A stretch of DNA of 64,000 nucleotides from Treponemataceae bacterium (GCA_963677895.2 CAXXGJ010000018.1:96001-160000); one strand, 5' to 3'. Shown: positions 19,397 to 29,616, counted from the stretch's first letter. A program made the numbers and translations. The notes: generated from the letters alone by a model not told the origin.

Positions 19397-21748
19397 ATGA
19401 AAGTACTTCTTGTCGGATCAGGCGCCAGGGAACATGCCCTCGCGTGGAAGATGAGCGCTTCGCCGCTCCTCGACGCTCTGTACTGCGCGCCGGGCAACGC
19501 GGGAACCGCGTTGTACGGTTCGAATGTGGATATCGCCCAGGGCGATGTGGACCGGCTTGCCGAATTCGCCGCGGCCAACGCCATCGATCTCGTCGTCGTC
19601 GGCCCCGAGCTGCCTCTCTCCCTTGGACTGGCTGAAAAGCTCCGGTCGGTATCGGCTGGCGGCCGGCCGCTCTGTTTCGGTCCCTCATCGGCGGCGGCCA
19701 GGATAGAATCCTCGAAATCATTCTCCAAGGAATTCATGCGGAAGTATGGCATACCTACCGCCGATTTCAGGGTGTTTTCCTCTTATGATAAAGCGCTCAA
19801 CTTCATTCGCGACGCGCCTTGGCCTTTCGTCATAAAAGCCTCAGGCCTCGCATCCGGAAAGGGCGTTTTCCTTCCCGTGTCGTCGCGGGAAGCCGAAGAA
19901 ATCCTGGCCATGGTCATGAAAGAAAAGAAGTTGGGCGATGCTGGCGCCGAGGTCGTGATCGAGGAGCGTCTGTCAGGCGAAGAAATCTCCATACTCGGAT
20001 TCTGCGACAGTTCCAGCGTCAGCGTCATGCCGCCCGCGCAGGATCACAAAAGGCTCCTGGAAAACGACGTCGGCCCGAATACGGGAGGCATGGGCGCGAT
20101 CGCTTCGGCAAAGCCGGTCCCCTTCGGCCGCGCCCGCGACTTTGCCGATCTGTTCCTGAAGCCCGTCTGCGAAGGCCTGGCCGCTGAGGGAAGTCCTTTT
20201 ATCGGCGTTCTGTACGCGGGGATCATTCTCACCGAGGATGGACCCAAGGTTCTCGAATACAATTGCCGCTTCGGCGACCCCGAGACGGAAGCGATACTCC
20301 CTCTGCTCGAATCCGATATAGTCGAAATCTTCGACGCCTGCGCCAGAGGCCGCCTCGGCGAAATGAAGATCGATTGGGCGGACAAGGCCGCGGCCTGCGT
20401 CATCATAGCCTCCGATAGTTATGCGACCGATGTCCGCGACGACAGCCAGCGGGAAGTGAAGGATTTCGGCGGAAGCCCCAATTCCGTTCTCTTCCACGCG
20501 GCAACCCATCTTGCCGGCGACGGAAAGGTGATGGCCGCCGGCGGTAGACTTCTGTGCACCTCGGCCTGGGCGGATTCGGTGGATGAGGCGCTCGAGGAAG
20601 CCTATGCCAGAGTCGCTCGCGTCGAAGTCCCGTTTTCGCGATACAGAAAAGATATCGGCCGGGGCAAAACCTTCCTGATGCTCAACGGATTCGGCGGATC
20701 GGCAGCGTCCTACGCGTCGGCCGGCGTCGATATCGACGCCGGGGACAGGGCCGTCGAGCTCATGAGCGCAGCCGTAAAATCCACCTACGGACCGGAAGTG
20801 CTCGCGGGCATCGGTTCCTTCGGCGGCATGTACGACGCGTCCGCTCTCAAGACGATGGACGATCCCGTGCTTGTGTCCTCCACCGACGGCGTCGGCACGA
20901 AGGTGAAACTGGCTGCCTTCAGGAAAAGCTACGAAAGCATAGGCCAGGATATAGTCAATCACTGCATCGACGACATTCTCGTGCAGGGAGCGAGGCCCCT
21001 GTTTTTCCTGGATTACATCGCCACTTCGAAGCTCGATCCTTCGATGATCGCCGAAGCCGTCGGCGGAATGGCCAAGGCCTGCAGGGAATCGGGCTGCGCC
21101 CTCATCGGCGGCGAGACCGCCGAGATGCCCGGCGTCTATATGCCGAACGAATTCGACGTAGCCGGCGCCATCGTCGGACTCGCCGAGAAAAAACGGATGC
21201 TCCCGCTCAAAACGATGCGCGCCGGAGATCTTCTCCTCGGCTTTCCCTCGAGCGGGCCGCATACGAACGGCTTTTCCCTGATAAGGAAGATTTTTTCCGA
21301 AAAAGAATTCGGCGGCTACGCCGAAATCCTTGGTCGGTCTTTATCGGAAGCCCTTCTCGCGCCGCATCGCTCCTATCTGCCCGTCCTCTGGCCCGTCCTT
21401 CAAAAGGGGCCGGGGCTCATCAAGGCGCTCGCCCACATCACCGGCGCGGGATTCGAAGGCAACGTGCCCCGAATACTGCCGCCGGATCTCGATGCCCATA
21501 TAAGGATGGATTCCTGGCCTATGCCGCCGCTGTTCCGCCTGATCATGGAAAAGGGCGGCATCGACGAGCTGGAAATGTATAGAGTATTCAACATGGGCAT
21601 CGGGATGGTGGCCGTCGCGGCCCCAACCGACGTGGATGCTATCGCTAGTCTGTCAGGCAACCCTTTCTTCGTCATCGGCGAACTGCGGCCTGGCACAGGA
21701 TTGGCGGTCATGGGAAAAAGCGCGCATTCAGTGCGGGGCCGAGCGTGA
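19397..21748 (+). CDS. purD-purM: Bifunctional GAR synthetase / AIR synthetase (PurD-PurM fusion)
   Basis: Single 783-aa ORF. The PurD half has GSGAREHALAW, VVGPE, KASGLASGKGV, QDHKR, GPNTGGMG and EYNCRFGDPE, ending RKDIG. From ~20708 the PurM half has YASAGVDID, TDGVGTK, GGETAEMPG, SSGPHTNGFSL, HITGAG and FNMGIG. Confidence 0.95.
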   Translation: MKVLLVGSGAREHALAWKMSASPLLDALYCAPGNAGTALYGSNVDIAQGDVDRLAEFAAANAIDLVVVGPELPLSLGLAEKLRSVSAGGRPLCFGPSSAAARIESSKSFSKEFMRKYGIPTADFRVFSSYDKALNFIRDAPWPFVIKASGLASGKGVFLPVSSREAEEILAMVMKEKKLGDAGAEVVIEERLSGEEISILGFCDSSSVSVMPPAQDHKRLLENDVGPNTGGMGAIASAKPVPFGRARDFADLFLKPVCEGLAAEGSPFIGVLYAGIILTEDGPKVLEYNCRFGDPETEAILPLLESDIVEIFDACARGRLGEMKIDWADKAAACVIIASDSYATDVRDDSQREVKDFGGSPNSVLFHAATHLAGDGKVMAAGGRLLCTSAWADSVDEALEEAYARVARVEVPFSRYRKDIGRGKTFLMLNGFGGSAASYASAGVDIDAGDRAVELMSAAVKSTYGPEVLAGIGSFGGMYDASALKTMDDPVLVSSTDGVGTKVKLAAFRKSYESIGQDIVNHCIDDILVQGARPLFFLDYIATSKLDPSMIAEAVGGMAKACRESGCALIGGETAEMPGVYMPNEFDVAGAIVGLAEKKRMLPLKTMRAGDLLLGFPSSGPHTNGFSLIRKIFSEKEFGGYAEILGRSLSEALLAPHRSYLPVLWPVLQKGPGLIKALAHITGAGFEGNVPRILPPDLDAHIRMDSWPMPPLFRLIMEKGGIDELEMYRVFNMGIGMVAVAAPTDVDAIASLSGNPFFVIGELRPGTGLAVMGKSAHSVRGRA

Positions 21749-22401
21749 ACCCCTCAGGCGAAACGCGCTTCGTCGTGATGGTGTCGGGCAACGGCTCCAA
21801 TCTGCAAGCGTTGATCGACGCCATAGAAAAAGGCGAAGTGAAAGCCTCTATCGTCCTCGTGGTCTCCTCGGATCCGGAAGCCTACGCGCTGCGGCGCGCT
21901 GAAAAAGCAGGACTACCGTCCATCGTTCTGCCGTACAGGCGCGATCCGAAGCTCGAGAAAGAAGCCTCGCGCAGGGCCTATGACAGAACGCTCGCCGAGA
22001 CCCTCGCGCCATATCGGGCCGATTACATATTCCTCCTCGGGTGGATGCGCATCCTGAGCGCCGAGTTCACGACGCGATTTCCCGGCGGAATCGTCAACCT
22101 GCATCCGGCGCTTCCGGGCATGTTTCCCGGGACCCACGCCATCGAAAGAGCCTGGGACGCCTGCGCCAGGGGAGAAATCATTGAGTCGGGCGTCATGACT
22201 CATTTCGTCCCGGACGAATGCGTAGACGCCGGCCCCGTGATCGCTTTCGAGCGTGTCTCGATGGACAGGACGGAGACCCTCGATGCCTTCGAGAAAAGGA
22301 TGCACGATACCGAACATCTTCTCGTCACTCGAACGGCCGCGATGCTCGGCTCGATTTCTTCCGCACAGAGAAAGGAGACTGAAGAATGCCCCAGGCGATA
22401 A
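21745..22401 (+). CDS. purN: GAR transformylase
   Basis: SGNGSNLQALID, LGWMRIL, NLHPALP and DAGPVI. GTGA overlap with the purD-purM stop. Confidence 0.95.
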   Translation: MNPSGETRFVVMVSGNGSNLQALIDAIEKGEVKASIVLVVSSDPEAYALRRAEKAGLPSIVLPYRRDPKLEKEASRRAYDRTLAETLAPYRADYIFLLGWMRILSAEFTTRFPGGIVNLHPALPGMFPGTHAIERAWDACARGEIIESGVMTHFVPDECVDAGPVIAFERVSMDRTETLDAFEKRMHDTEHLLVTRTAAMLGSISSAQRKETEECPRR

Positions 22402-23927
22402 TTTCCGTTTACGATAAAACCGGCCTTGTCGAATTCGCGGGAAAGCTGTCGAAGTTGGGTTGGTCCATCCTCGCTTCCGGAGGCACGGCCAAAGCCTTGC
22501 GTGAAGCGGGAATCGCCGTCGAGGAAATCGCCGACTACACCGGCGCGCCCGAGATCCTGGGAGGCAGGGTGAAAACCCTCCATCCCGCCGTGCACGGAGG
22601 GATTCTCGCGCGCGCGGCGGGCGAGGATCTCGATGAAATCCGGAAGCTGGGATACAAGGCCGTCGACCTCGTCGTCGTGGATCTTTACCCCTTCGAAAAG
22701 ACGGTGGCCGATCCCGCCCGCGGCCGCTCCGACGCCATCGAGCAGATCGATATCGGAGGCGTAGCGCTGATCAGGGCGGGCGCGAAAAATCACGAGCGGG
22801 TGACCGTCCTCTGCGATATCGCCGATTATGAACCTGTGCTGAGCGAGCTCGAATCCGCCGGTTCGGTTTCTGAAGCCACAAGGAGAAGCCTCGCCGCCAA
22901 AGCCTTCGCGAAGACGGCTGCGTATGATGCCGCCATAGCGGCCTGGTTCGCGGACCAGGCGAAATCGGCGGACTCGATGCGGGAGGAAACGATTTTCACG
23001 CTTAGCGGCTGGAAAGCGCAAGATCTCCGTTACGGGGAAAACCCGCACCAGAGCGCCGAACTCTATGCCTTCGAAAAAGGGAAGGGTCCGCTCGGAGGCC
23101 ATATCCTCCAGGGCAAGGAATTATCCTACAACAATATCCTGGACCTGGACGCTGCCTGGCATGCCGTTGGCCGATTCCGGAACCCGGCAGTCGTCGTGGT
23201 GAAGCATCTTTCCCCCTGCGGCATAGCGGAAGCGGAAAGCGCGGACGCGGCCTGTCTCCACGAAGTCCTGGAGCGCGCCATCGCCTGCGATCCCACATCC
23301 GCCTTCGGCGGTGTGATAGCGGTCAACGCTGTTTTCACGGCCGACTGCGCCAGAAGTCTAGGCAAACTTTTCGCGGAGTGCATCGCCGCTCCGGGGTTCG
23401 ACGATGAAGCCCTGGACCTTCTCGCCAAGAAGAAAAACCTCAGGCTCGTTATACCGGGAAACGGAATCCAGCGCGTGGAGATAAGGACGGTATTCGGCGG
23501 ATTCCTCCGCCAGGATGTCGACGCGGGCGATCCCGAGGAGACAGAATGGAAAACCGTTTCCAGGCGCGCTCCGACCGAAACGGAGTTGCGCGATCTCCGC
23601 TTCGCGTGGAAGGCCTGCATGTCCGTAAAATCCAACGCCATCGTGTTCGCCAAGGGCGGCGCGACGGTGGGCATAGGCGGCGGCCAGCCCAACAGAGTGG
23701 ATTCGGTGCGCATCGCCGCCCAGAGGGCGGGCGCGAAAGCCGCGGGTTCGGTGCTCGCTTCCGACGCGTTCTTCCCGTTTCCGGACTCCATCGAGGAAGC
23801 CGCCAAGGCCGGCATAACGGCCGTCGCGCATCCAGGCGGTTCCATCAGGGACGCCGAATCCATAGAAGCGGCGGATAGAGCGGGCATCGCGATGGTGCTC
23901 GTCGGCGTCCGCCATTTTCGACATTAA
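22386..23927 (+). CDS. purH: Bifunctional AICAR transformylase / IMP cyclohydrolase
   Basis: ISVYDKTG, GRVKTLHP, IDIGG, RYGENPHQ, SYNN, KHLSPCG, SNAIV, ASDAFFPF and RHFRH. Confidence 0.96.
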   Translation: MPQAIISVYDKTGLVEFAGKLSKLGWSILASGGTAKALREAGIAVEEIADYTGAPEILGGRVKTLHPAVHGGILARAAGEDLDEIRKLGYKAVDLVVVDLYPFEKTVADPARGRSDAIEQIDIGGVALIRAGAKNHERVTVLCDIADYEPVLSELESAGSVSEATRRSLAAKAFAKTAAYDAAIAAWFADQAKSADSMREETIFTLSGWKAQDLRYGENPHQSAELYAFEKGKGPLGGHILQGKELSYNNILDLDAAWHAVGRFRNPAVVVVKHLSPCGIAEAESADAACLHEVLERAIACDPTSAFGGVIAVNAVFTADCARSLGKLFAECIAAPGFDDEALDLLAKKKNLRLVIPGNGIQRVEIRTVFGGFLRQDVDAGDPEETEWKTVSRRAPTETELRDLRFAWKACMSVKSNAIVFAKGGATVGIGGGQPNRVDSVRIAAQRAGAKAAGSVLASDAFFPFPDSIEEAAKAGITAVAHPGGSIRDAESIEAADRAGIAMVLVGVRHFRH

Positions 23928-23936
23928 AACAGAGAC

Positions 23937-23969
23937 GCTTGTAGCGTCGCAACAAGCGCCGCTACAAGC
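23937..23969 (+). other. Intergenic stem-loop between purH and guaB, with no U-tract
   Basis: GCTTGTAGCG...CGCTACAAGC forms a perfect 10-bp outer stem, extended by CGC/GCG. Confidence 0.6.
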
Positions 23970-23994
23970 AACTTAACGAACGGAGGATATACAG

Positions 23995-25476
23995 ATGAAC
24001 GAAGAGATTTTCAAGTCCAACACGGCGCTGACTTTTGACGACGTGCTCATCGTGCCGGCGTACAGCGAGATTCTGCCGGCTTATATCGATACGAAAGTGC
24101 GTATCGCGCGCGACCTCACCCTCAACATACCCCTTCTCTCGGCGGCGATGGATACGGTCACCGAGTCCGCCCTCGCGATCGCCCTGGCCAGGATGGGCGG
24201 AATGGGCGTCATACACAGAAACATGTCTCCCGAGCAGCAGGCCGGAGAAGTGGATAAGGTCAAGCGATCCGAATCGGGCATGATTCTGGATCCCGTGTGC
24301 CTTGAAAAGGAAGCCTCCCTTTCCGAAGCCCGCGAACTCATGCAGAAATTCCGCATCTCGGGCATCCCTATCACGAGCGGCCCAGAGAAAAAACTCGTGG
24401 GAATACTCACCAACAGAGATATCCGTTTCTGCGCCGCGGAGGATTACGACAAGCCGGTGAGCAGCTTCATGACAAGCGAGCGGCTTATCACCGCCAGGGT
24501 GGGCACGACGCTCGAGCAAGCCAGGAATATACTCCAGGAACACCGCATAGAAAAGCTGCCCCTGACCGACGAAAGGGGAAGGCTCAAGGGCCTCATCACG
24601 GTCAAGGACATAGCCAAGAAAGCCGACTATCCCAACGCCGCCCTCGATTCCTCCGGCCGCCTCCGCGTGGCGGCGGCGGTGGGCGTGGGCTCCGACCTCG
24701 AGCAGCGCGTCGCTCTTCTCGTGTCCAAGAAGGTCGATGCTCTCATCATCGATACGGCCCACGGCCATTCCAAGGGAGTCATCGAGGCGATAAAGAGAAT
24801 AAGGGCGGTGGCGTCCGAACTTTCCATCATAGCGGGCAATGTGGTGACTGCCGAAGGCGTGGAAGCCCTGGCCAAGGCGGGCGCGGACGCCGTGAAAATC
24901 GGCGTGGGCGCGGGTTCCATCTGCACCACCCGCATCATCTCCGGAGCGGGCATGCCCCAGCTCTCCGCCATCTATCACTGCGCCAAGGCGGCCGAACGAT
25001 TCGGCATCCCCGTGATCGCCGACGGCGGCATCAAATTCTCGGGCGACATGGTGAAATCGATAGCCGCGGGAGCCCACGCCATCATGCTCGGCAACCTTCT
25101 CGCCGGCCTCGAGGAGTCGCCCGGCGAACTCGTCCTCTACAACGGCAGGCAGTACAAGACCTACCGCGGCATGGGCTCGCTCGCCGCCCTTCAGGGCTAC
25201 GGCAAGGACCGCTACGCGACCGGCATCGGCGCCTCGGACAAGCTTGTTCCCGAAGGCGTCGAGGGCATGATTCCCTACAAAGGCAAGCTTTCGGACTTCG
25301 TCTATCAGCTCATCGGCGGCCTGAGATCGGGCTGCGGCTACGCCGGCGCCGGCTGCCTCGAAGACCTGCGCACCAAGACCCGCCTCACCAGAATCACGAA
25401 CGCTGGACTCATCGAGAGCCACGCGCACAACATAACCATCACGAGGGAAGCCCCCAACTATCAGCGCGGCGAGTGA
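23995..25476 (+). CDS. guaB: IMP dehydrogenase with a CBS pair
   Basis: [26 protein letters not shown], catalytic [21 protein letters not shown] and PEGVEG. Confidence 0.97.
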   Translation: MNEEIFKSNTALTFDDVLIVPAYSEILPAYIDTKVRIARDLTLNIPLLSAAMDTVTESALAIALARMGGMGVIHRNMSPEQQAGEVDKVKRSESGMILDPVCLEKEASLSEARELMQKFRISGIPITSGPEKKLVGILTNRDIRFCAAEDYDKPVSSFMTSERLITARVGTTLEQARNILQEHRIEKLPLTDERGRLKGLITVKDIAKKADYPNAALDSSGRLRVAAAVGVGSDLEQRVALLVSKKVDALIIDTAHGHSKGVIEAIKRIRAVASELSIIAGNVVTAEGVEALAKAGADAVKIGVGAGSICTTRIISGAGMPQLSAIYHCAKAAERFGIPVIADGGIKFSGDMVKSIAAGAHAIMLGNLLAGLEESPGELVLYNGRQYKTYRGMGSLAALQGYGKDRYATGIGASDKLVPEGVEGMIPYKGKLSDFVYQLIGGLRSGCGYAGAGCLEDLRTKTRLTRITNAGLIESHAHNITITREAPNYQRGE

Positions 25477-25512
25477 CCGCCGGCATCTCGAGCCTGCCCG
25501 GTAACCCAGGCA

Positions 25513-25563
25513 TAAGCGGCGGAGGAGGACCCGAGAGGGCTTCCTTCGCCGCTTAATTTTTTT
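25513..25563 (+). terminator. Intrinsic terminator after guaB
   Basis: TAAGCGGCGGAGGA...TCCTTCGCCGCTTA hairpin followed by a T7 run. Confidence 0.8.
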
Positions 25564-25641
25564 CACGAATGGATAATCGTTGATTGCGGCGATATACTTC
25601 CGATAAAGATTATAGGGATTTTTCCGTATCAAGGAGTCGTC

Positions 25642-26283
25642 ATGATCGATTTTATAGTATTGGGCGGTTGGGTTTTATGGGTCATCATGGCCCTTTCCGT
25701 CGTTGCCTGCGTAATTATCATCGAAAGATTGCTATATCTGCGCCGCATATCCGGCGACGAGGACAAGCTCTTCATCCGAATCAAGGCCAGCCTTCTGGAA
25801 GGCCATTACAACGAAGCGCTCTCCATCTGCGACCAGAACCTGTCGCCTTTTTCGGCCCTGCTCAAGATCGGCATCGAGAATAGGCATCAGCCCGAAGGCG
25901 TCCAGCGCGACATACTGAAGGACGCCGCCGCCCTTGAAGCGCCGAAGCTCGAAAAGGGGCTCTCCACCCTCGGCACGATCAGCACCATCGCCCCCCTCCT
26001 GGGCCTTCTCGGCACGGTGACGGGCACCATGAGGGCCTTCGGCGTTCTCGGCAAGTTCGGCGCCGTCAGCGACCCCTCGGCCCTGGCCTCCGGCGTCTCC
26101 GAAGCCCTGATCACCACGGTCGGCGGCATCGTGGTCGCCGTACCGGTCATCATTTTCTACAACTTCCTGGTCAGCCGGGTGAACACCATACTGACCATGC
26201 TTGAAAACCGCGTGAATATGCTCGTCATGTTGATCAATGCCGGCAACGGCGCTTCGAAAAAAAGCGATTCGGAGGGAGCATGA
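25642..26283 (+). CDS. MotA/TolQ/ExbB proton-channel protein
   Basis: LGTISTIAPLLGLLGTVTG and GVSEALITTVGGIVVAVP; three transmembrane segments. Confidence 0.92.
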   Translation: MIDFIVLGGWVLWVIMALSVVACVIIIERLLYLRRISGDEDKLFIRIKASLLEGHYNEALSICDQNLSPFSALLKIGIENRHQPEGVQRDILKDAAALEAPKLEKGLSTLGTISTIAPLLGLLGTVTGTMRAFGVLGKFGAVSDPSALASGVSEALITTVGGIVVAVPVIIFYNFLVSRVNTILTMLENRVNMLVMLINAGNGASKKSDSEGA

Positions 26284-26693
26284 GCGTACGTCGTCTGAAC
26301 CAGAGGGTCGGCGTCGACATGACGCCGCTCATCGATGTCATTCTCCAGCTCATCATTTTCTTCATGATAACGACCACATTCAGGTCGGCGCCAGGGATTT
26401 CCCTGGATCTTCCCGGCTCGAGGACCGCCCAATCCGTATCCTCCTCGGCGCTTCGCGTCACCGTCATGTCCGAAAATGAGATATATGTAGAGAAGACGCG
26501 AACCGATCTCCAGGGACTCTCAACCCTCTTGAAACAGCGTGTGTCCGGATCCGATTCCGGCAGCGTCAGGGCTGTTCTCGAAGGAAGATCGAGCGCATCG
26601 TACCAACTCATCGTCTCCGTCCTGGACGCGTTCCGGATGAACGGCATCGAAAATGTCGGCCTCATCACTCGGAAGGAGAAAATAGTTCGATGA
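26280..26693 (+). CDS. ExbD/TolR-family protein
   Basis: DMTPLIDVILQLIIFFMITT, LDLP and YQLIVSVLD. ATGA overlap with the upstream gene. Confidence 0.92.
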   Translation: MSVRRLNQRVGVDMTPLIDVILQLIIFFMITTTFRSAPGISLDLPGSRTAQSVSSSALRVTVMSENEIYVEKTRTDLQGLSTLLKQRVSGSDSGSVRAVLEGRSSASYQLIVSVLDAFRMNGIENVGLITRKEKIVR

Positions 26694-27844
26694 AGTCCCC
26701 ATTGAGCTATGCCGAGCAGCAGGAGCTAAAACGCAGAGGCGTCTCGATCGGCATAACCTGCGGGCTCTACGGCCTGGTCTTTGCCGTAGGCATCGCACTG
26801 AGCATCCTGAATCCTCAGGAGCAAATGTTCGCGAATACCACAGTGATGATCAATCTGCCGGGACCCATCACGAATTCCATAGGGCTTGGCTCAATCAATC
26901 CTTCCGATAAAGGCGAAGAAGCGACCGAAGCCGAACCGACGGTGCCGGTGAAAGCGCCTGAACCCGCCAAGAAAATCGATGAGCCTAAGGCCCAGATCCC
27001 GGAAAAGCCTGTGGAAAAGCTCGCGCCTAAATCTGCGCCTACACCTTCTCCCGCTCAGCCATCCACGTCCGTCGCCAAAGCCGACGCTTCCTCGGTGATG
27101 CCCGCGGCGGAAAGTCCCAAAGCCGTCGAGACGCCCGGCGCTCCCTCGGCGCCGCTTCCTGAGGTAACGCCCCCCGGTCTAGTCGGCTCGGTGGCGGAAG
27201 CCGTACCCGTCGAGCCCTGGGTTCCTGGGCAGCGCGATCCCGGTTCCCATATAAGTTCGACCAATTCCATGCTCTTCGTGCCGGGAAAAGGCGAAGTCCC
27301 CTGGACGGGGAGCCAGATGACCATCCGCAAATCGGAAAAAGGAAGCGCTTCGGAAACGACCCTGGGAGGAGCCCAGGGAACGGTAGGCCAGAACCTCTAC
27401 GTCCCCATCTATTACAGCTTCCCCTTGCCTAAAATGGTGCCGGCCTCGATCTATAACTCCATCCCCAACCTCACGCAAGCGCCCAACGTCATCATCTATT
27501 CCGCACAGGCGAGAAAGAAGGCATTCACCTCGTATTATGAGTTCGACGGCTCGGCTTACCGCCTCAAGACGGACGTTCCCCTCGACCAGCGCGAACCGCT
27601 TTGGCAGATACTTGAAGACGCCGGCTATAACGTGGCTGACGCCGATTTCAAAAAGGGCAGGAACTTATCGCCCGTGGTCATCGTGTTCACCGTCACGAAC
27701 AACAATCAGATTAAAGGAGCCGAGATTTATCAGTCCACCGGTGACTCGGAGATGGACAGAGCCGCCCTGAATGGATTCAAGAGAGGAATGTACTGGAACA
27801 AGACGGGCGAGACGGTGCCCGGCCGCTTTACGTATCGATTCTAG
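26690..27844 (+). CDS. TonB-like energy transducer
   Basis: Single N-terminal transmembrane helix, a Pro/Ala/Glu/Lys-rich linker, and a TonB-C-like end (VVIVFTV...IYQSTGDSEMDRAAL...FTYRF). Follows exbB/exbD. Confidence 0.75.
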   Translation: MKSPLSYAEQQELKRRGVSIGITCGLYGLVFAVGIALSILNPQEQMFANTTVMINLPGPITNSIGLGSINPSDKGEEATEAEPTVPVKAPEPAKKIDEPKAQIPEKPVEKLAPKSAPTPSPAQPSTSVAKADASSVMPAAESPKAVETPGAPSAPLPEVTPPGLVGSVAEAVPVEPWVPGQRDPGSHISSTNSMLFVPGKGEVPWTGSQMTIRKSEKGSASETTLGGAQGTVGQNLYVPIYYSFPLPKMVPASIYNSIPNLTQAPNVIIYSAQARKKAFTSYYEFDGSAYRLKTDVPLDQREPLWQILEDAGYNVADADFKKGRNLSPVVIVFTVTNNNQIKGAEIYQSTGDSEMDRAALNGFKRGMYWNKTGETVPGRFTYRF

Positions 27845-28913
27845 AAAGGTTGAAATAGTCTTCGTAGAGTTTCGCGTTGAAAAATGCCGCCACCACGTCC
27901 GGCGCGAACTGTTTTCCGCTTTCCGCCTTGATTTCTTCAAGCACTGCCTCCAGGGGCAGTGCTTTTCTATAGGGACGGGATTGCGCCATCGCGTCGAAAG
28001 TGTCGGCCAACGTTATGATACGTGCCAGCGGATCGATATCCTCGCCGGCGACCCCGTCCGGATACCCTTTGCCGTCCCAGCGTTCGTGATGGTGCCTGAC
28101 GCCATTGATGGCGGGAGCGAAAAACTCGACGATCGAAAGGATCTGGGCGCCGATGAGCGGATGCATCTTTATGACTTCGATCTCTTCGGGATCGAGCGAG
28201 CCTACTTTATTGAGAATCCGTTCCGGTATGCCTATTTTGCCGATGTCGTGGAGCAACGCGGCGAACTCCAGAGGTTCTATCTGGTCTTCTGGCAGCTTGA
28301 GTTCCCTGGCTAGCCTCACGGCCAGGCTTCGCACCCTTTCGCAGTGCCCCTGGGTGTACTGATCCTTCGCCTCGATGGTTTCGGCCAGAGCCTGGACCGT
28401 CTGCATGTTGGCCTGTCTCAGCTTGCCATATGTTTCCTTGAGTTCCAGCGTCTTGGACTGCATGGTGCGTTCGAGCGTGAGCCTGTATTCCTCGTTTTTT
28501 TTGTCCTGCTCGAATTTTTCCCTCACGATATCCCGGTAGCGGACGGCCTTGGCTATGACTTCGGCGATATGTTCCAGCCTGCTCGGCTTTACGAGATAGT
28601 CGAAGGCGCCATTCCTCATGGCTTCCAGGCCTGAGGCGAGGTCGCTGTAGGCGGTGAGCATGATGACAGGCGTAAAGGGTTTGACTTCCCTGATCCTCGG
28701 CAGGGCTTCCTTGCCCGAGAGAACAGGCATTCGTATGTCGAGCAGAATGCAGTCGGGATCGAGGTTGCCCGACATGAGCATTTCCAGGCCTTCCTGACCG
28801 TTCGTCGCCATGCTCACCACGTATTCCATCCTCTCCAGGCCGCGGGACAGGACCTTGCGGATGGAGGGATCGTCATCGATTACCAGTATTGTCCGTTGCT
28901 TCGCTGCACTCAT
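27828..28913 (-). CDS. Response regulator with an HD-GYP phosphodiesterase output (RpfG-like)
   Basis: REC domain: ILVIDDD, LLDIRMP, MLTA, YLVKP. HD-GYP domain: YTQGHCERV, LHDIGK, HHERWDGKGYPDG, ADTFDAM, RPYR. Confidence 0.93.
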   Translation of the reverse strand: MSAAKQRTILVIDDDPSIRKVLSRGLERMEYVVSMATNGQEGLEMLMSGNLDPDCILLDIRMPVLSGKEALPRIREVKPFTPVIMLTAYSDLASGLEAMRNGAFDYLVKPSRLEHIAEVIAKAVRYRDIVREKFEQDKKNEEYRLTLERTMQSKTLELKETYGKLRQANMQTVQALAETIEAKDQYTQGHCERVRSLAVRLARELKLPEDQIEPLEFAALLHDIGKIGIPERILNKVGSLDPEEIEVIKMHPLIGAQILSIVEFFAPAINGVRHHHERWDGKGYPDGVAGEDIDPLARIITLADTFDAMAQSRPYRKALPLEAVLEEIKAESGKQFAPDVVAAFFNAKLYEDYFNLSRIDT

Positions 28914-28970
28914 GTAGACCTTTCCATCAAAGCGATGAGAACCCATCGGTCCTTTTCAGTTTCCGCGGAA

Positions 28971-29561
28971 TCATCCCTTTTTCATTCCAGGGAACAGGAA
29001 TGGGACATTTTTCTTGTATTCGCCGTATCCATGGAAAACCTTGGGAAAAGTGTAGCGATCTTGTATGAATATTAAAAGCAGATCGAGGCCAATCATGAGG
29101 AAAATTGTAAAGAAATTTTCGCGAAACCCCCGCAAAATGCCCAGGGAAGCGGCGAGCAGGCAAAACCACCAGAATCCGGGGTGCCTGCATAGACCGTAGG
29201 AGCCGCCGCTGTATATTTCGCCGGGCTTTATTTTTCCCTTTCTTCCGGCCAGCGCCAACTCGAAAAAGACGGACCAGAGGAGGAGAGCGAAGGACGCCAG
29301 AGCTGTCAGGATGAGCAACAGCGAAAAAAGCGTTCCTGGCCGAATCGCTCCCTGGAAGCCGGGAGTCAGCGGAGGGCCTTCGGCGAAATCTCCGGGGTTT
29401 GGGCCGAGGGTGAGGAAGCCAAGCGCTCCTCCGACAGCCAGATATCCGATCGCCTGGAGGAACGGAACGCCTTTTCCGCCTTTTGCCCAGAGAAAATCAG
29501 CCGTTATGAGCAGTAAAAATCCGAATACTGCAAGCGAACCCTGTACCATTGTGAAATGCAT
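28971..29561 (-). CDS. PEMT/ICMT-like integral membrane methyltransferase-family protein
   Basis: Several transmembrane helices, GSYGLCRHPG (cf. GPY..xRHP) and FHGYGEYKKNVPFLFP (cf. Y..Y...VP..P). The start is uncertain (29561 or 29549). Confidence 0.7.
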   Translation of the reverse strand: MHFTMVQGSLAVFGFLLLITADFLWAKGGKGVPFLQAIGYLAVGGALGFLTLGPNPGDFAEGPPLTPGFQGAIRPGTLFSLLLILTALASFALLLWSVFFELALAGRKGKIKPGEIYSGGSYGLCRHPGFWWFCLLAASLGILRGFRENFFTIFLMIGLDLLLIFIQDRYTFPKVFHGYGEYKKNVPFLFPGMKKG

Positions 29562-29616
29562 TATGCTATAGTATCCTCTGTTTTGCCAGATAAAAGTTAA
29601 TTCCAGAGGTTTCGGC

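Noticed and set aside
23962..25632. 556-aa antisense ORF over guaB, and similar long antisense ORFs (11022..12362, 19973..21262, 29719..31290, 38592..40100, 60528..62297)
   Set aside because: These are typical stop-poor reverse frames of high-GC3 genes, with no motifs or ribosome-binding sites.
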